A DNA stretch of 64,000 nucleotides from Giardia intestinalis. Lineage: Eukaryota. Within the stretch, counting starts at the first letter, position 1. The number at the start of each line of letters is the position of its first letter. The translations under genes and the position numbers were made by a program. The stretch lies in the NCBI GenBank assembly GCA_000002435.2, contig CM018793.1; one strand, written 5' to 3'. Of this stretch, positions 10,196-21,588 are shown piece by piece. Under the pieces are notes generated by a model, which searched no databases, was not told the origin of the DNA, and was given only the letters and a program-made list of their open reading frames with translations.

Positions 10196-13100
10196 ATGCT
10201 GGCCGGTGAAGCAGACACCCAACAGGCTGCATCGGTGGCCGAAATGCTTCCACCAAATCTTGGAAAAATTATTAGACAGTCTCAGCAAGACACTCAAGAG
10301 AGTCGAGTCCGGTCGCGCCCAAGTTCTACTCGGCAAGGGTTTGTTGTAGCAGAGCAGCGGCTGCGCGAAAACGCTGACTATAGGGTTCTCTGTGGCATCT
10401 GCCGCAGATGGGGTGACCGTGAACACCTCAATGCTCATGACGGATTCACTCCACAGTTGAAATTGAGCGGATCTTCCGGCTTCAATTGTCAAACGAAGAT
10501 TGGTCGCGCTCGCACCGCGCGGATGATAGAGACCATCATCCTGCACCTTCCTGTTTCTCTGACCGAGTGCTTGAGCATTTGCCATGACTCAGTAGACTGG
10601 GTGGCAGGCAGGATTGCTGATAGTTGCAGGTATTTTGAGTCCTGGTTCCCAGCCAGCTTCATGGCACTAATCAACGAAAAGGCAGAAATGATGGGCCGTG
10701 AAAAACTCCTTCTACCCCAGGACTCCCCTGAGGACGTGCGGGACGATGAGGATTGGAGTATTGACATAAATACCGGCCGTGCACAGAGCAAAAAATGGTC
10801 TAAGGAGCTGTACAGTGGAGCAAAAACACCATCTATAGATTTTTACGACGACACTGAAGATATATCTGCTAGAGATCTTCTTGCTAAATTGACTGCAGAG
10901 CAAGCCTCACAAGAACAGCAGGCCAATCAAATTGTGAAGCCACATGTATATCATCAGGCACGGTCTAGACCGGGCTTTTCATACAACTTTGTAGACAGAA
11001 CCAAGGACTTCTATTTGAACTCTCGGTGTCCACACGGAGAGGCACAGCAAATATTATCAGACGCCGCAAACGAGGCCATCTATGGAGCGCGGCAGCCGAT
11101 ACTCAACCATACACCCATGCGGCCTGCATCACAGCAGCTTACTAGGGCAGAACAAATTATTTACAAGACTGTTTACTCAAAGCCCACTCGTATCATCGAC
11201 CAGGCACCAAAAAATATCAAACCATTAACAGCCCCGTACACGTCTTCGTTGGACGCGGCGCGGCATAGGTATGAGCTATATAAAAACATACTTGCATCTG
11301 GAGACAGACAGGTCAACACAGCTGGCAGGACCTTCCGGAGTATGAATTCCTCATCGGTACGGCTGGCAGAAGAAGCCTTACACCTTAATGAGCTGGAAGC
11401 AGAAATAAAAATGAATGTCAAAGCTTATCACGAGGGCCGCGTGAGAGCCAAGTCTGTTCACGGCACTATGGTTGAAAGTCGGCGCTACGGAGCAACAGGC
11501 TTTAAAGAAGTGCAGATGGGCCGCGGTGTCGTCGTTGTTCCAGACTACTTCACTCCACAGACTCGACGACACACAAAAGCGCTGTATGAACAGTATAATA
11601 ATGAGTATGACTTTAGTACCACAGAAATAGACCAACCAGACGAGCTCCTGGACTTCAACGAAGACTTTACCGGCCTTGGAATAGCCAAACTTAACCAATC
11701 AAAGCTTCGAGCGTTGGCAGGAATCGTTACCAGTCCAAAGTATGCTGAGACGGAAGAAGGAGCTGATGGGGCCCAGGGAGATGAATCTGACAACGATCTG
11801 GAGGACAGCGACGACTCTGTGGACAAAGCCAAGAAGCGTTCTATGGGGAAGAATGGCATCTCTGCAGCCAATGCTTTCATATATCGTAAAGCCATAGCAG
11901 AGTATGTGACCTCTCAAGTTAACCTTCCTCAGTATGACAACAAGCTCCAGCCCATGATTTTCCCTCAGGATACTGAGAAGTCGGGTGCATTCTACTCCAG
12001 TCCTCAGCAGTCAATGGCCGCTGCTGGAGATCTAAAGACTAAGGATCTTCTGTCAGGAGGAAAACACGGCTTTGATCCTCGTTTGTATCAAGTACTTGAC
12101 GCATCTAAGAACATATTGAATAATGAAGATTTGCTCTTAGACAGTGACAGCGAGGATAACTTAGGTCGTCGTCCGGCGAAAGCACTCCCGGATCAGCATC
12201 TCTACGAAGACCTCTATCTTGATTCCGACCCATCCGATCCTGATGCTCCTGCTCAGGAGGACAAGATAGAGGCCCCCGAGTTATCATTTGTCCGTGAATC
12301 TGTTATACTGGAAGGAGTCAGGGACACGCTCGCCCCGATAGCAGACATCGCTAAAGATCCAAAAGGCTTGCTGATAACACCAGATCCCGTCGGCCCTCTT
12401 ATTATGAAGCAAGCAGCTAGTATGAAGGCCAAAGCCATCAAAGCAGAAGTAGCAGCTAGAGAAGAGCAGGCTGCCTTAGCAGCAAAGCTTGCACGAGAAA
12501 AGGCACGAAAGGCAGCTGAAGCTAATGAAAAGACAAAGAATTCTAAAGGTACCAAAGCACCCAAGGTTAAAAAGCAATCTCAAGGGCCAAGCGTCACAGA
12601 CACGATGTCCAAATATACAGCATCGGGAGCCCCGGTTAGCTACGAAACTATGGCGGCAGATACTTACAAAGCTGCAGCTATAGTCGAAGAGCTGGCACAG
12701 AACGCGGAGGCTGTACGGAGCCTTGCCGATGCCGAGATAGAACGATCAAAGCAGCGTGAAGAGGCTTTTGTTGAGAAACAGCGCGTAGAGATGCGGAAGA
12801 CCGCTGCTTTCAATGGTCTCACGGAGGCGTGTAAGAAGGTTGCAGAGAGAACGGGAGACCTGAACTCTATGAGGACTGCAGGCATCACGCACGTCGCCAA
12901 GGCACATCTAGGTAACACTGTCTTTTACAAGCCGGGCCTAGAGAAGTATGAGCGGCAGCGTCTGTCTGACGAAGAAGCAGAAGATAATTCAGCAATTATC
13001 ACTAAGATAGACCTGAGTCTCAAACCGTATCTTTATGATAATAGTAAGACTCTAGAAAAGCTCAGTAAAATTACTGAGATCACATCAACTCCACTTCGCA

Positions 13101-14188
13101 AAGAAGACGATGGAACTGTGCCCCTGTTCGAACGAACGTATCAGCCCATCAACGCTGCATCCCGCAAGCCAGGGTGCACGGACATGACTCTGCCATATAT
13201 AGAGCAGCCTACAAGTGCGCCATCCTTATTTCAACGGACGATGATGGGTCGGCATCTCAGTGGCATGCAGTTTAAAGAAGACATGTATGACTACACCGAG
13301 TCCGGTTGTGCTCCGCCGTTTGCACCCGATATCGGCTCAGTAGCCTCGACCGTCACCGCTGAAGTCAGCGCACGAAATGCCCAGAGGACCAAGCCCCTCC
13401 CGCAACCAAATCGGAAAGAGATACGTACTTTCTTTGATGACCGTGCCATCAACACTGCCAATCCACAAACACAAGTATTTAAGATGCAAAGCATTGAGAC
13501 AGACTCAAGTCTGAAAGTGGACGGGGCAGTAGCTTCTGCACAAAACATCGCCTCCTTATTCACTCTCAACACAGACAAAAGCCAGAAGCTGAACGCTGCT
13601 TTAGTAAAGCGTGACTTGGCACGAAGGAATGCTGATGCCAAGGTTATGAGCTCAAGTGGACTTGATGAGTCTACCCTGCCAGACATAGACCTTGGCGCCG
13701 ATAAAGCAGCAGCTCTCAGTACAGCATCTCCCTCAAGGCTAGATGGCGACTCTGCTGTCACTGAGCAGATGACCCCCCTGATTGCACAGGCGGATAGAAC
13801 TGTTGCTTTGGCTGGAATGACAAGATCTGTCATATCTGAGTATAAGAGCCATGCATCTGAGTTCCAGCAGGAGCGATTAGCCAGCTCAGTGTTTGGTAGA
13901 CCCGCCGTGTTACCAAGTATGTCTTTGATTGGCAGGGAGTTAGCACGTGTCAAGGACAATAACCTACTGAAAGATCTTCAGCAAGCGAATATTTCTGTAA
14001 TCCCTTCACGGAATGCGACCGTCCCTGCTCTTACACAGCGCGATAACAATCCGACGCTGGTCAACATTGCATCCATAATGTCCCGAATGAACACGGATCC
14101 ATGTCCTCGAGAGATCACCAAGAAAGAAAAGAAAGGAAAAAAGAGCAAGAAGGGTAAGAAGGGCACGAAAGGAAGTAATAAGAAGTAG
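10196..14188 (+). CDS. Hypothetical protein of about 1330 aa, with acidic and coiled-coil segments and a lysine-rich C-terminal tail.
   Basis: The ORF 10091..14188 has a GTG start. The first ATG is at 10196 (MLAGEADTQQ...). It ends in the tail ...KKEKKGKKSKKGKKGTKGSNKK. It is transcribed divergently from the 6750..10043 gene across a spacer of about 150 nt. Confidence 0.6.
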   Translation: MLAGEADTQQAASVAEMLPPNLGKIIRQSQQDTQESRVRSRPSSTRQGFVVAEQRLRENADYRVLCGICRRWGDREHLNAHDGFTPQLKLSGSSGFNCQTKIGRARTARMIETIILHLPVSLTECLSICHDSVDWVAGRIADSCRYFESWFPASFMALINEKAEMMGREKLLLPQDSPEDVRDDEDWSIDINTGRAQSKKWSKELYSGAKTPSIDFYDDTEDISARDLLAKLTAEQASQEQQANQIVKPHVYHQARSRPGFSYNFVDRTKDFYLNSRCPHGEAQQILSDAANEAIYGARQPILNHTPMRPASQQLTRAEQIIYKTVYSKPTRIIDQAPKNIKPLTAPYTSSLDAARHRYELYKNILASGDRQVNTAGRTFRSMNSSSVRLAEEALHLNELEAEIKMNVKAYHEGRVRAKSVHGTMVESRRYGATGFKEVQMGRGVVVVPDYFTPQTRRHTKALYEQYNNEYDFSTTEIDQPDELLDFNEDFTGLGIAKLNQSKLRALAGIVTSPKYAETEEGADGAQGDESDNDLEDSDDSVDKAKKRSMGKNGISAANAFIYRKAIAEYVTSQVNLPQYDNKLQPMIFPQDTEKSGAFYSSPQQSMAAAGDLKTKDLLSGGKHGFDPRLYQVLDASKNILNNEDLLLDSDSEDNLGRRPAKALPDQHLYEDLYLDSDPSDPDAPAQEDKIEAPELSFVRESVILEGVRDTLAPIADIAKDPKGLLITPDPVGPLIMKQAASMKAKAIKAEVAAREEQAALAAKLAREKARKAAEANEKTKNSKGTKAPKVKKQSQGPSVTDTMSKYTASGAPVSYETMAADTYKAAAIVEELAQNAEAVRSLADAEIERSKQREEAFVEKQRVEMRKTAAFNGLTEACKKVAERTGDLNSMRTAGITHVAKAHLGNTVFYKPGLEKYERQRLSDEEAEDNSAIITKIDLSLKPYLYDNSKTLEKLSKITEITSTPLRKEDDGTVPLFERTYQPINAASRKPGCTDMTLPYIEQPTSAPSLFQRTMMGRHLSGMQFKEDMYDYTESGCAPPFAPDIGSVASTVTAEVSARNAQRTKPLPQPNRKEIRTFFDDRAINTANPQTQVFKMQSIETDSSLKVDGAVASAQNIASLFTLNTDKSQKLNAALVKRDLARRNADAKVMSSSGLDESTLPDIDLGADKAAALSTASPSRLDGDSAVTEQMTPLIAQADRTVALAGMTRSVISEYKSHASEFQQERLASSVFGRPAVLPSMSLIGRELARVKDNNLLKDLQQANISVIPSRNATVPALTQRDNNPTLVNIASIMSRMNTDPCPREITKKEKKGKKSKKGKKGTKGSNKK

Positions 14189-14200
14189 AGCACGCCGTCT

Positions 14201-17200
14201 TTACTCATTTATTATCTGCATGAAGCTGTTCTCCAGGCGGCTCACATCAATAGACCATTCATTTGCGAGAAGACCAAAAGAATCTGCCGCACGTAATACA
14301 TCAGATAGTGCACCTTTATTCTTGAACTCAAACCGGACCTCACTGGCCCGGACATCGTCAACGAAACGAACAAGGAACTTGGAAACATCGGGGTGGCTCA
14401 CAAACTCCTTTCGCAGCTTTTCAAAGTGTTGACGAGCATCGTCGTTGCTGCTTCCCTCCAGCAACGCGGTAGAACAAATTAATGTAAACTGTACTTTGCT
14501 GAGACGGCAAATATCTGCAATTGTACCCTCAGCAATAACCTTCCCTAATTTCATGATGCAGCACCTATCTGCAAGGGCTTCTACTTCCTGCATGTCGTGT
14601 GTAGTCAGCATCATCGTGCGGCATACACTGCGACTTGCTAAAATGGCTTTCCAGATATCGTTCTTCATCCGACTGGAGAGGCCTGTGGTGATCTCATCAA
14701 GGCAAACCAAAGAGGGGGATGATACTATGACCATCGCAAGCGTGAGCCGGCGTTGAGACCCTCCGGATAACTGTGACACCTTCCTGTTCCTGTCATCGTA
14801 GAGGCTAGTCACACGAAGAACAGTCTCTATGTCCTTGATATTGGGCTTAAGATTTCTACAGGTAAAGCCAACCATAAGGCGCAAATGTTCAAGGGGCGTG
14901 AGTTCTGGCCAAAAGATATCGTCCTGTGGAACGACCGTTATATACTCTCCTTGGCGAATAGACGTGCTGAGAATGTTCTGCCGGGTAGTATTCTGATCGT
15001 TTTTAATGCACATCGCTTTTCCTTCCGTAGGTACATGGATTCCAGTGAGAGCATTCATGATCGTCGACTTCCCAGCCCCGTTAGCTCCGAGCAAGGCAAA
15101 GACTTCGTTGTGTCTGACCTCGAAGGAGACGTCCTTGACTGCGTAGTACCCGTCAGGATATCGATGAGTGACGTGCTGAACGCTTAAGTGTGGCTTCACC
15201 TCATTAGCTGCAAAATCAAGGTTTGTCACTGCGCGACTAAGTTCTTGGCTCATTATGTCTGACGCCTCCGTGTGGTGCTCCTGGGGGATCTGATGCATTT
15301 TTGGCTCTGTGGATGGGACTGGTTCCCTCTTACAGGTATGACGCTTTCTTCCTGCGTCAAGGAAGTAGACAATTATAAGGGCAACGCATAAGTGGATAAT
15401 AAAAACAACTGGACATAACCATGCACCGACAGCAGTGACATAGTCATAAACTATTGCCCTACGAATCTGATAAAGTGCATTCAATGCCGGTAGGAAAAAG
15501 CTAAACACAATGGTTAAGACTTCGTTCATCTCAAATGTTGCATGCGTGATAACTGTAATCACGACAAACACAAATGAAATGAGGATTGACGTTCGGACTG
15601 TCTTTGTAAATATCCCAATAATTATTGCGAAGATTGTTGAACTGGCAGACGCAAGCAGATACATTGCGATCAAAAGGAATATATTTCCAATCGACTTTTC
15701 CCATAACAGCTCCGGGAAGTTGGCTGAAACAATGAGCATGGCAATGAGAATGGGCACAAAGGACCAGGCAGTGTAGTAGATTAGGTGACTCAGAACCAGC
15801 TTGACCTTTGGGACGTTGTGCAACACATAGAGCCGCACTACACGCGATTCGTATTCCCTAGCGACTCTGGCTGAGATGATTGTCATCGGCACAATAACGA
15901 CAAAGGGTAGCAAATAGTTTGCACTGACATCTAAGGCGATTGTGTTGCCAATCTTCTTGCTTACAGCCAGAAACCGGGATTCAGAGTAGTAGGGCATTGG
16001 TTTTATTCTAGCGCTATATGTGAAGTTGTAGATCTCCTTATAGAATTCAGGTGACGTCAGCATTGCCGCCAGTGCTCTACGAAACAGTGCACCCGTGAGC
16101 TTCACTAACGGGTCCAGCGTGTAGATAGAGAGAGTGGGATAGGGCCTAGTTGGTAGGTAGAAGGGGAATACATTTGATGGATTGTTGTCCAGGTTTGTTG
16201 GGAAACCTGGCATGGGGTAGGTCACTGTCGTTCCATTATCAACGGATATATTAACAAGTCCTTTAACAAATGTCCAATTCTGTGTCCCAAAGGGGGGTAA
16301 TTGCGTATAGTACGTGAACTTCAACGTGTCTGGCGTTGTAGATGACAGGTCAAAGATCCCCGCTTTCAAAGACTGGAACCCCTGCTTAACCTTTGTGACT
16401 CGCACAGAAGGATTATTAAAGTCGTCTTCAGTCATGTGTATAACGGTGCTTTGCGCCGAACGGAGATCCTTCAGCATGTCTCGGAGATGTTGAGAGAATA
16501 TGAGCTGATTCTCAATATAAACAGTGTTATTCCTGTCGCCGCTGGGGCAGTTGGTCTTCACACACTTCAATGGAATAGTTGTTATTGACTGTCGTGGCAT
16601 CATAAACGCAAAAATGTTATTCCTGTCCTTCAAAGGATCGGCAACGCTTTCACTGGGGTCAGCATCAGCAAACACATGTGTCCAGTTGGCGTTCTCAAGT
16701 GGAACAAGCGTATACTGTGACTTTAGAAACTCATTTGCCAGCTTGACGCCCGTTTTATTTGTAATCACTTCACTCCACAATGGAGCAGAGCTCCCATCTA
16801 CCATTAATCCGAGCCAGCTATCCAGTTTGCCTCCTGTTACAATTCCGTAGAATGTGCGCCCAGCATACTGCATGTCCCTATCACCAAGTGGAAGAGTGCT
16901 ACTACCATCGCCCAACTGTATCTCATCGCTGCCCCACGAGTCTAATCCTGCATACTTTAGATAATTCACGCATGGTGATATCTGATTGATAGTTTGATAG
17001 GGAGCATTAAACAAAATATTCGTGTTTCTACTCATGCATTTGGCAATCGCTCCGTTGAATGAGAACTTTTGCAGGATATTCAGTTTTTGTGCTACCACGC
17101 ACGGAGCGAAACATGCCTCAAAGTATCCTGCCTTCGCCTTTGAGAGAAGCTCAGCGTTCTCCTTCAGGATTGTCTTTTTCGCCGCACTGATTCCATTAAT

Positions 17201-20137
17201 GACCACCAAGCAAAGGCAGAGGATTAACAGGAATATCACAATGAAGGAGATAAAGTACTCCTTTAAATCAATGAGAAGATTTTTGTGGAGCAGCCATCGC
17301 ATCTGATTTGGTCGGACTTTCACGGACCCTCCGTGGGTGTTATCAATAAACACATTGTCCATGTCCATGGAGCAGCTATCATCGACCAGCTTAGTAAAAA
17401 TATCATCTAGACTAGCCTTTTCTATTGCGTAATCTATTCTATATCGAATAGCCATTGCTTGGAGCATGTCGGCGATTTCACAGATGACCGCCGGGGTTAT
17501 CTTGGCATGGAGTGGAAGGGTAATGCGTACTACGTGTTCGAGATCCTTCGCTACGTATGGCTGTAGGGTCGGATCAGGATGTTCAGTAGGCCAGACAATC
17601 CTCGTCAGGCTCTCCATACACTCTTTGATAAGTGCATGCCTACTGCACCCCCAGGCCTCTAGCTGTGCGTTGCTGGTGATAGTGAGAATGATACTATAGT
17701 CACCCAACTCTGAACGAAGGCCCAATGGGGAGTTTGAGGTCATCACCTTCCCGTCCTTAACTATGACTATGTCATTGGCTAGCTCACCAATCTCGTCTGC
17801 ATCATGGGTAGTAAGAACGACTGAGCTACCACTTTCTTCCACTAATTCATGAATGTAATTCCAAATGTCTCTCTTCAACACTGGGTCAACGCCAAGTGTG
17901 ACTTCGTCCAATAGATATATTGGTGGATAGGAGACTGTTGCATTTGCCAGGGCTAGCCGTCGCAACATTCCTCCAGATAGATCCTTGGCTGCGCGCTTGT
18001 GCACAGCAGTAGAGCCCAGACCAATCTTATCTAAGGTTGATAGAACGTACTCGTCCAAAGTCTTATGCCTACTGAGAATTCGGTCCATGGTGCCTATGCT
18101 TTCAGCACGGAAGATAGCTGAGTACATCACGTTCTCCCAAACCGACAGTCCCATCCACACGTTTGTACGGTCTTGGGGACAGTATCCCACATACGGTCTA
18201 ATGTGGTATGCGTCATACTTATTTGACATATCAAATTCGCCCAGCACGATACAGGACCCGCCATTTTTATTCATAGCCAGCTCACCAGAGAGGATTTTCA
18301 TTGTTGTGGACTTCCCGCCAGCACTCGGCGCAATGACTCCTAAGATACTGTTTTCGTGGGACGACAAGGTCAACTTCTTAAGGACATGGTTTTCACTACT
18401 CTTGATAGAGCACTTTCTCCGCGTCTTGTACGTCTTTTCAAGCTCTGTTGTCTCCATGCGCACGCTTGAGACCTTAGTCAAGTCCAGCTTCTTGCGGCGG
18501 TAGAAGCTTCTTGAACAAAGAAAGTTCCATGGCAAGCCACGCCAAGCCTCTTCGGGTTTTATATGCGAAAGGAATATGCAGATGAGTGGGAAAACTATAA
18601 GAGATTGAATCAGAGATATGAGGATTAGGATCCACATGGCCGGAATGCGATAGGTCTTAGTGGCACCAAACTGCTTGCGATCCGTGGTGTAGTAGTTGTC
18701 ATAGTTTGTGGTGATGAAGCTTATGGGAATTGTGGGGTAAAGATCCTTATTGTATATTAACTCATCTCCATGCTTGGCTATCACGAGCAGATTGTCATAA
18801 AGAGCGAAGTTGGTAAGGTAAGGTGCAATTGCAACAAATATCCACGTTATCGGTGGTGGCACGAGGGCTGGACTGAACATACCAAGAAGACCTGAAAGCG
18901 TCATAAGGACAACGGTGGGTACCAGCGTAGTGCTCAGGGCTACAATAGTGGAGAGAATAAGCGAGAAGGCAGGTGTATACACGAGGTAAGTTAGGAATAG
19001 AGTGAAAGCCGATATACTCAAGGATGTCACAATAGACAGTATGAGAGGAAGCCAGCCATCAAACGCGGCAATGGGATATTGCTTGGAGAAGTACATAGTG
19101 TAAAATAGTAAGAGGGAGGACAGGAAGTCCAAGAAAAGGAGGCACAGATAGTTCGACAGCAGCACTTTAAACTCGGGAACACCCAGGCGTCTCAGTCCAG
19201 AGTGGAACGGACCTCTGAAGATAGTCCCCAGCATGGCCGACAAGACGATCATGATAGTCATTGGAACAGTATAATATATATATGATTTGTGAAACACGGC
19301 AACTGATGTGTCTACCCGGTCTGGAAGCGGTGAAAGATCGTATGAAATATCCTTTCCCAAGAGCACTTTGGCGATGGCAGAGTCTACCATCTGCTGCACT
19401 GTGTATCCAAGGCTTGTCCAGGTCTTCATCGTCCAGGAATTTGAGATCTGTCGCACAAGACGATCGTGGGCCCCGTATGCCAGCGACCCAACCATAGATT
19501 GATTGTAAAAAATTGTATATGAAATATTAGCTGTTCCATCGAATTTGTCCGGGACATCGAATCGTATGGCCAGGAAGTATGTACGGCCCGTAAGGCTCTT
19601 TGCACGTTCATTTAGTGCAGCAGGAGTCAATCCGTAAGAGTCTTTCATCAGGTTATCGACATCGCTGTCGGTAAAAATCTGGTCTGATGTCAGCTGAGCA
19701 CTGAACTGTTCTGTGCAGTTTCCAATGGTTCCACGGACCTCTGCTTCGAGCCATTCGGCAGTAAACTTTTCCAGGTCCGGCCCAGACAGCCCGACAGCGG
19801 CAATGTCCTGCTCCATATCTGCAGCGTTGGCATACGGAAGCACCTTACCTGTGATCTTCTGGGACTCGATAATAGAATTAATAATTCTATAAGTTGTCAA
19901 TGTTTTTGGACCATATGCCAAATAAACTGTATCAGCTGTACACCCCGTGAGGTCCTTGCACAAGGGCAGCGCGGGGACAGCGTACTTGGTACCCTTGCCG
20001 GGCAAAAGCGGGTAGTCAAGGCGTGAGTAAAATATCCCCCAGAGCAACAGAAACGTCAGCACGGGTGCCACGGCTAAGGTGATGACTGTTCCCATACGTG
20101 TCTTGTAGGTATGGAGAACAAACCGGGGGAACGACAT
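14201..20137 (-). CDS. ABC transporter, ABCA-like full transporter (TMD-NBD-TMD-NBD).
   Basis: Two nucleotide-binding domains are present. Walker A motifs: APSAGGKSTTMKILSGE and GANGAGKSTIMNALTG. ABC signature motifs: LSGGMLRRLALANA and LSGGSQRRLTLAMV. Walker B motifs: LLDEVTLGVDP and VCLDEITTGLSS. There is an N-terminal TM helix, a large loop and multiple TM segments. ATG confirmed at 20137. Confidence 0.9.
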   Translation of the reverse strand: MSFPRFVLHTYKTRMGTVITLAVAPVLTFLLLWGIFYSRLDYPLLPGKGTKYAVPALPLCKDLTGCTADTVYLAYGPKTLTTYRIINSIIESQKITGKVLPYANAADMEQDIAAVGLSGPDLEKFTAEWLEAEVRGTIGNCTEQFSAQLTSDQIFTDSDVDNLMKDSYGLTPAALNERAKSLTGRTYFLAIRFDVPDKFDGTANISYTIFYNQSMVGSLAYGAHDRLVRQISNSWTMKTWTSLGYTVQQMVDSAIAKVLLGKDISYDLSPLPDRVDTSVAVFHKSYIYYTVPMTIMIVLSAMLGTIFRGPFHSGLRRLGVPEFKVLLSNYLCLLFLDFLSSLLLFYTMYFSKQYPIAAFDGWLPLILSIVTSLSISAFTLFLTYLVYTPAFSLILSTIVALSTTLVPTVVLMTLSGLLGMFSPALVPPPITWIFVAIAPYLTNFALYDNLLVIAKHGDELIYNKDLYPTIPISFITTNYDNYYTTDRKQFGATKTYRIPAMWILILISLIQSLIVFPLICIFLSHIKPEEAWRGLPWNFLCSRSFYRRKKLDLTKVSSVRMETTELEKTYKTRRKCSIKSSENHVLKKLTLSSHENSILGVIAPSAGGKSTTMKILSGELAMNKNGGSCIVLGEFDMSNKYDAYHIRPYVGYCPQDRTNVWMGLSVWENVMYSAIFRAESIGTMDRILSRHKTLDEYVLSTLDKIGLGSTAVHKRAAKDLSGGMLRRLALANATVSYPPIYLLDEVTLGVDPVLKRDIWNYIHELVEESGSSVVLTTHDADEIGELANDIVIVKDGKVMTSNSPLGLRSELGDYSIILTITSNAQLEAWGCSRHALIKECMESLTRIVWPTEHPDPTLQPYVAKDLEHVVRITLPLHAKITPAVICEIADMLQAMAIRYRIDYAIEKASLDDIFTKLVDDSCSMDMDNVFIDNTHGGSVKVRPNQMRWLLHKNLLIDLKEYFISFIVIFLLILCLCLVVINGISAAKKTILKENAELLSKAKAGYFEACFAPCVVAQKLNILQKFSFNGAIAKCMSRNTNILFNAPYQTINQISPCVNYLKYAGLDSWGSDEIQLGDGSSTLPLGDRDMQYAGRTFYGIVTGGKLDSWLGLMVDGSSAPLWSEVITNKTGVKLANEFLKSQYTLVPLENANWTHVFADADPSESVADPLKDRNNIFAFMMPRQSITTIPLKCVKTNCPSGDRNNTVYIENQLIFSQHLRDMLKDLRSAQSTVIHMTEDDFNNPSVRVTKVKQGFQSLKAGIFDLSSTTPDTLKFTYYTQLPPFGTQNWTFVKGLVNISVDNGTTVTYPMPGFPTNLDNNPSNVFPFYLPTRPYPTLSIYTLDPLVKLTGALFRRALAAMLTSPEFYKEIYNFTYSARIKPMPYYSESRFLAVSKKIGNTIALDVSANYLLPFVVIVPMTIISARVAREYESRVVRLYVLHNVPKVKLVLSHLIYYTAWSFVPILIAMLIVSANFPELLWEKSIGNIFLLIAMYLLASASSTIFAIIIGIFTKTVRTSILISFVFVVITVITHATFEMNEVLTIVFSFFLPALNALYQIRRAIVYDYVTAVGAWLCPVVFIIHLCVALIIVYFLDAGRKRHTCKREPVPSTEPKMHQIPQEHHTEASDIMSQELSRAVTNLDFAANEVKPHLSVQHVTHRYPDGYYAVKDVSFEVRHNEVFALLGANGAGKSTIMNALTGIHVPTEGKAMCIKNDQNTTRQNILSTSIRQGEYITVVPQDDIFWPELTPLEHLRLMVGFTCRNLKPNIKDIETVLRVTSLYDDRNRKVSQLSGGSQRRLTLAMVIVSSPSLVCLDEITTGLSSRMKNDIWKAILASRSVCRTMMLTTHDMQEVEALADRCCIMKLGKVIAEGTIADICRLSKVQFTLICSTALLEGSSNDDARQHFEKLRKEFVSHPDVSKFLVRFVDDVRASEVRFEFKNKGALSDVLRAADSFGLLANEWSIDVSRLENSFMQIINE

Positions 20138-20338
20138 TTTAAAAAAGAAAGAGATTGGCCGAGGGTAATGTTGATTAATTTTTACGATGAAATCAATTGA
20201 TCACCAGTAAACTACCGTAGAGGCTCTTTCAGCAAGCCGGATAATAGGGATTGCCCATGAAACAAGCAATCTGGCGGACTGGAGCGGTTAGAATTAGGCA
20301 ATTCAAATCAATTTACTAGGCCTATTATGTTGATCACA

Positions 20339-21577
20339 TTACTCGAAAAGCGAACACAGTGCAGCATAGTTAGGGTCATCTGCATTCCTTTCGGCGGCGC
20401 CAGGTTCAAAGATAACCGCCTTAAAGACGTCCTTCTTCACTCTGAAGGGGCCGTCGAGCATAGAAAGTAGCGCGGAGCAGCATGCCTCGCGAAATGCATC
20501 ATCTGTGTGGGAGAGGCCTGTCCTGAACCCGGCGACGACATGGGCCATGTTCTCATCGAACATGAGGGTGTTCCACACGGAGTGCACTGCTGCATTTGAG
20601 GAGCATATGCGCCCGAATGCCAAGGCTGCTGTACTTGCAACATGTGTATTGAAATCACCAAACAAGATGATAAGGTTGCGTGGCAGAGTCCCTGTACTGA
20701 AGCTTAGTGATGACGAACTATCAAATAGAATAACAGAGTCAATGAACGTGTTCATCTCAACGACAGAATCCTCTACCAGGTGTAGCCCGTAATCCGAAGA
20801 CACTATAAATATATCGTATGTGCGTTTGAAGAGATCTAAAAACGTGTTTGGAGCAGTATCGATTATAAGGTCGAAGGCATCCCTACATGTTACTGAGATG
20901 TTGTAGACCGAGGAGACAACATATTTGAGGATCGTTATCTGCTCTTGAACTGCTTTGTGCTCTGGAAGGGTGGTGTGTACCACCCTTTTATTCTCTAACT
21001 GAGCTTGGAGACGAGTGAACTTATTCAAGATAGAACCGATATAGTCTGTGCCAGCACGCACTATGTTCTTTTCGTACCCTTCTAAGAGCTTCGAGACACA
21101 CGAAATCTCATACGTGATTTTCCACAGGCGTGGAAAGTTGGTCGCGTGGTTCAGAAGAAACACTAGTATGGTATCTAACTGCTCCAGGGGCAAAGACTCC
21201 AGCGTGGACACTCCGGCTCGCGTGTCTACAAGCTTCGCAAGAGCAAAAACAACCATATCTGTCCAGTGATGATCGGCTTCGTTATTCTTACCATTCACAC
21301 ACTCCTCAAAGAACTCTGTGATGCACGAAAATAGCCGCATGTCCTTCCAAAAGGCATGCGCAGCTAAGGGTATAGATGTGTGATTAGCAAGTTGATTGAA
21401 CGCCTCAGTGAGCGCCTCTGGTGTACTCTTTCCTTCGCGATACTTTGTTATTTCGGAGCAAAATTTGGTGTAGAAGAATTCATCGCAGGGGACAGAAAAC
21501 ATGGTGGGGTCCTGCGGTCGTGGGTTTTCTTGTGCATTGCGACCATAGAGAAAGTCCAGGGTATCTCTCCAGCTCAT
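20339..21577 (-). CDS. Hypothetical protein.
   Basis: Track ORF 20339..21637. If the start is the ATG at 21637, the N-terminus overlaps the divergent kleisin gene by 49 nt. The in-frame ATG at 21577 (MSWRDTLDFLY...) avoids the overlap. No domain recognised. Confidence 0.45.
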   Translation of the reverse strand: MSWRDTLDFLYGRNAQENPRPQDPTMFSVPCDEFFYTKFCSEITKYREGKSTPEALTEAFNQLANHTSIPLAAHAFWKDMRLFSCITEFFEECVNGKNNEADHHWTDMVVFALAKLVDTRAGVSTLESLPLEQLDTILVFLLNHATNFPRLWKITYEISCVSKLLEGYEKNIVRAGTDYIGSILNKFTRLQAQLENKRVVHTTLPEHKAVQEQITILKYVVSSVYNISVTCRDAFDLIIDTAPNTFLDLFKRTYDIFIVSSDYGLHLVEDSVVEMNTFIDSVILFDSSSSLSFSTGTLPRNLIILFGDFNTHVASTAALAFGRICSSNAAVHSVWNTLMFDENMAHVVAGFRTGLSHTDDAFREACCSALLSMLDGPFRVKKDVFKAVIFEPGAAERNADDPNYAALCSLFE

Positions 21578-21588
21578 TATTTTCAAAA

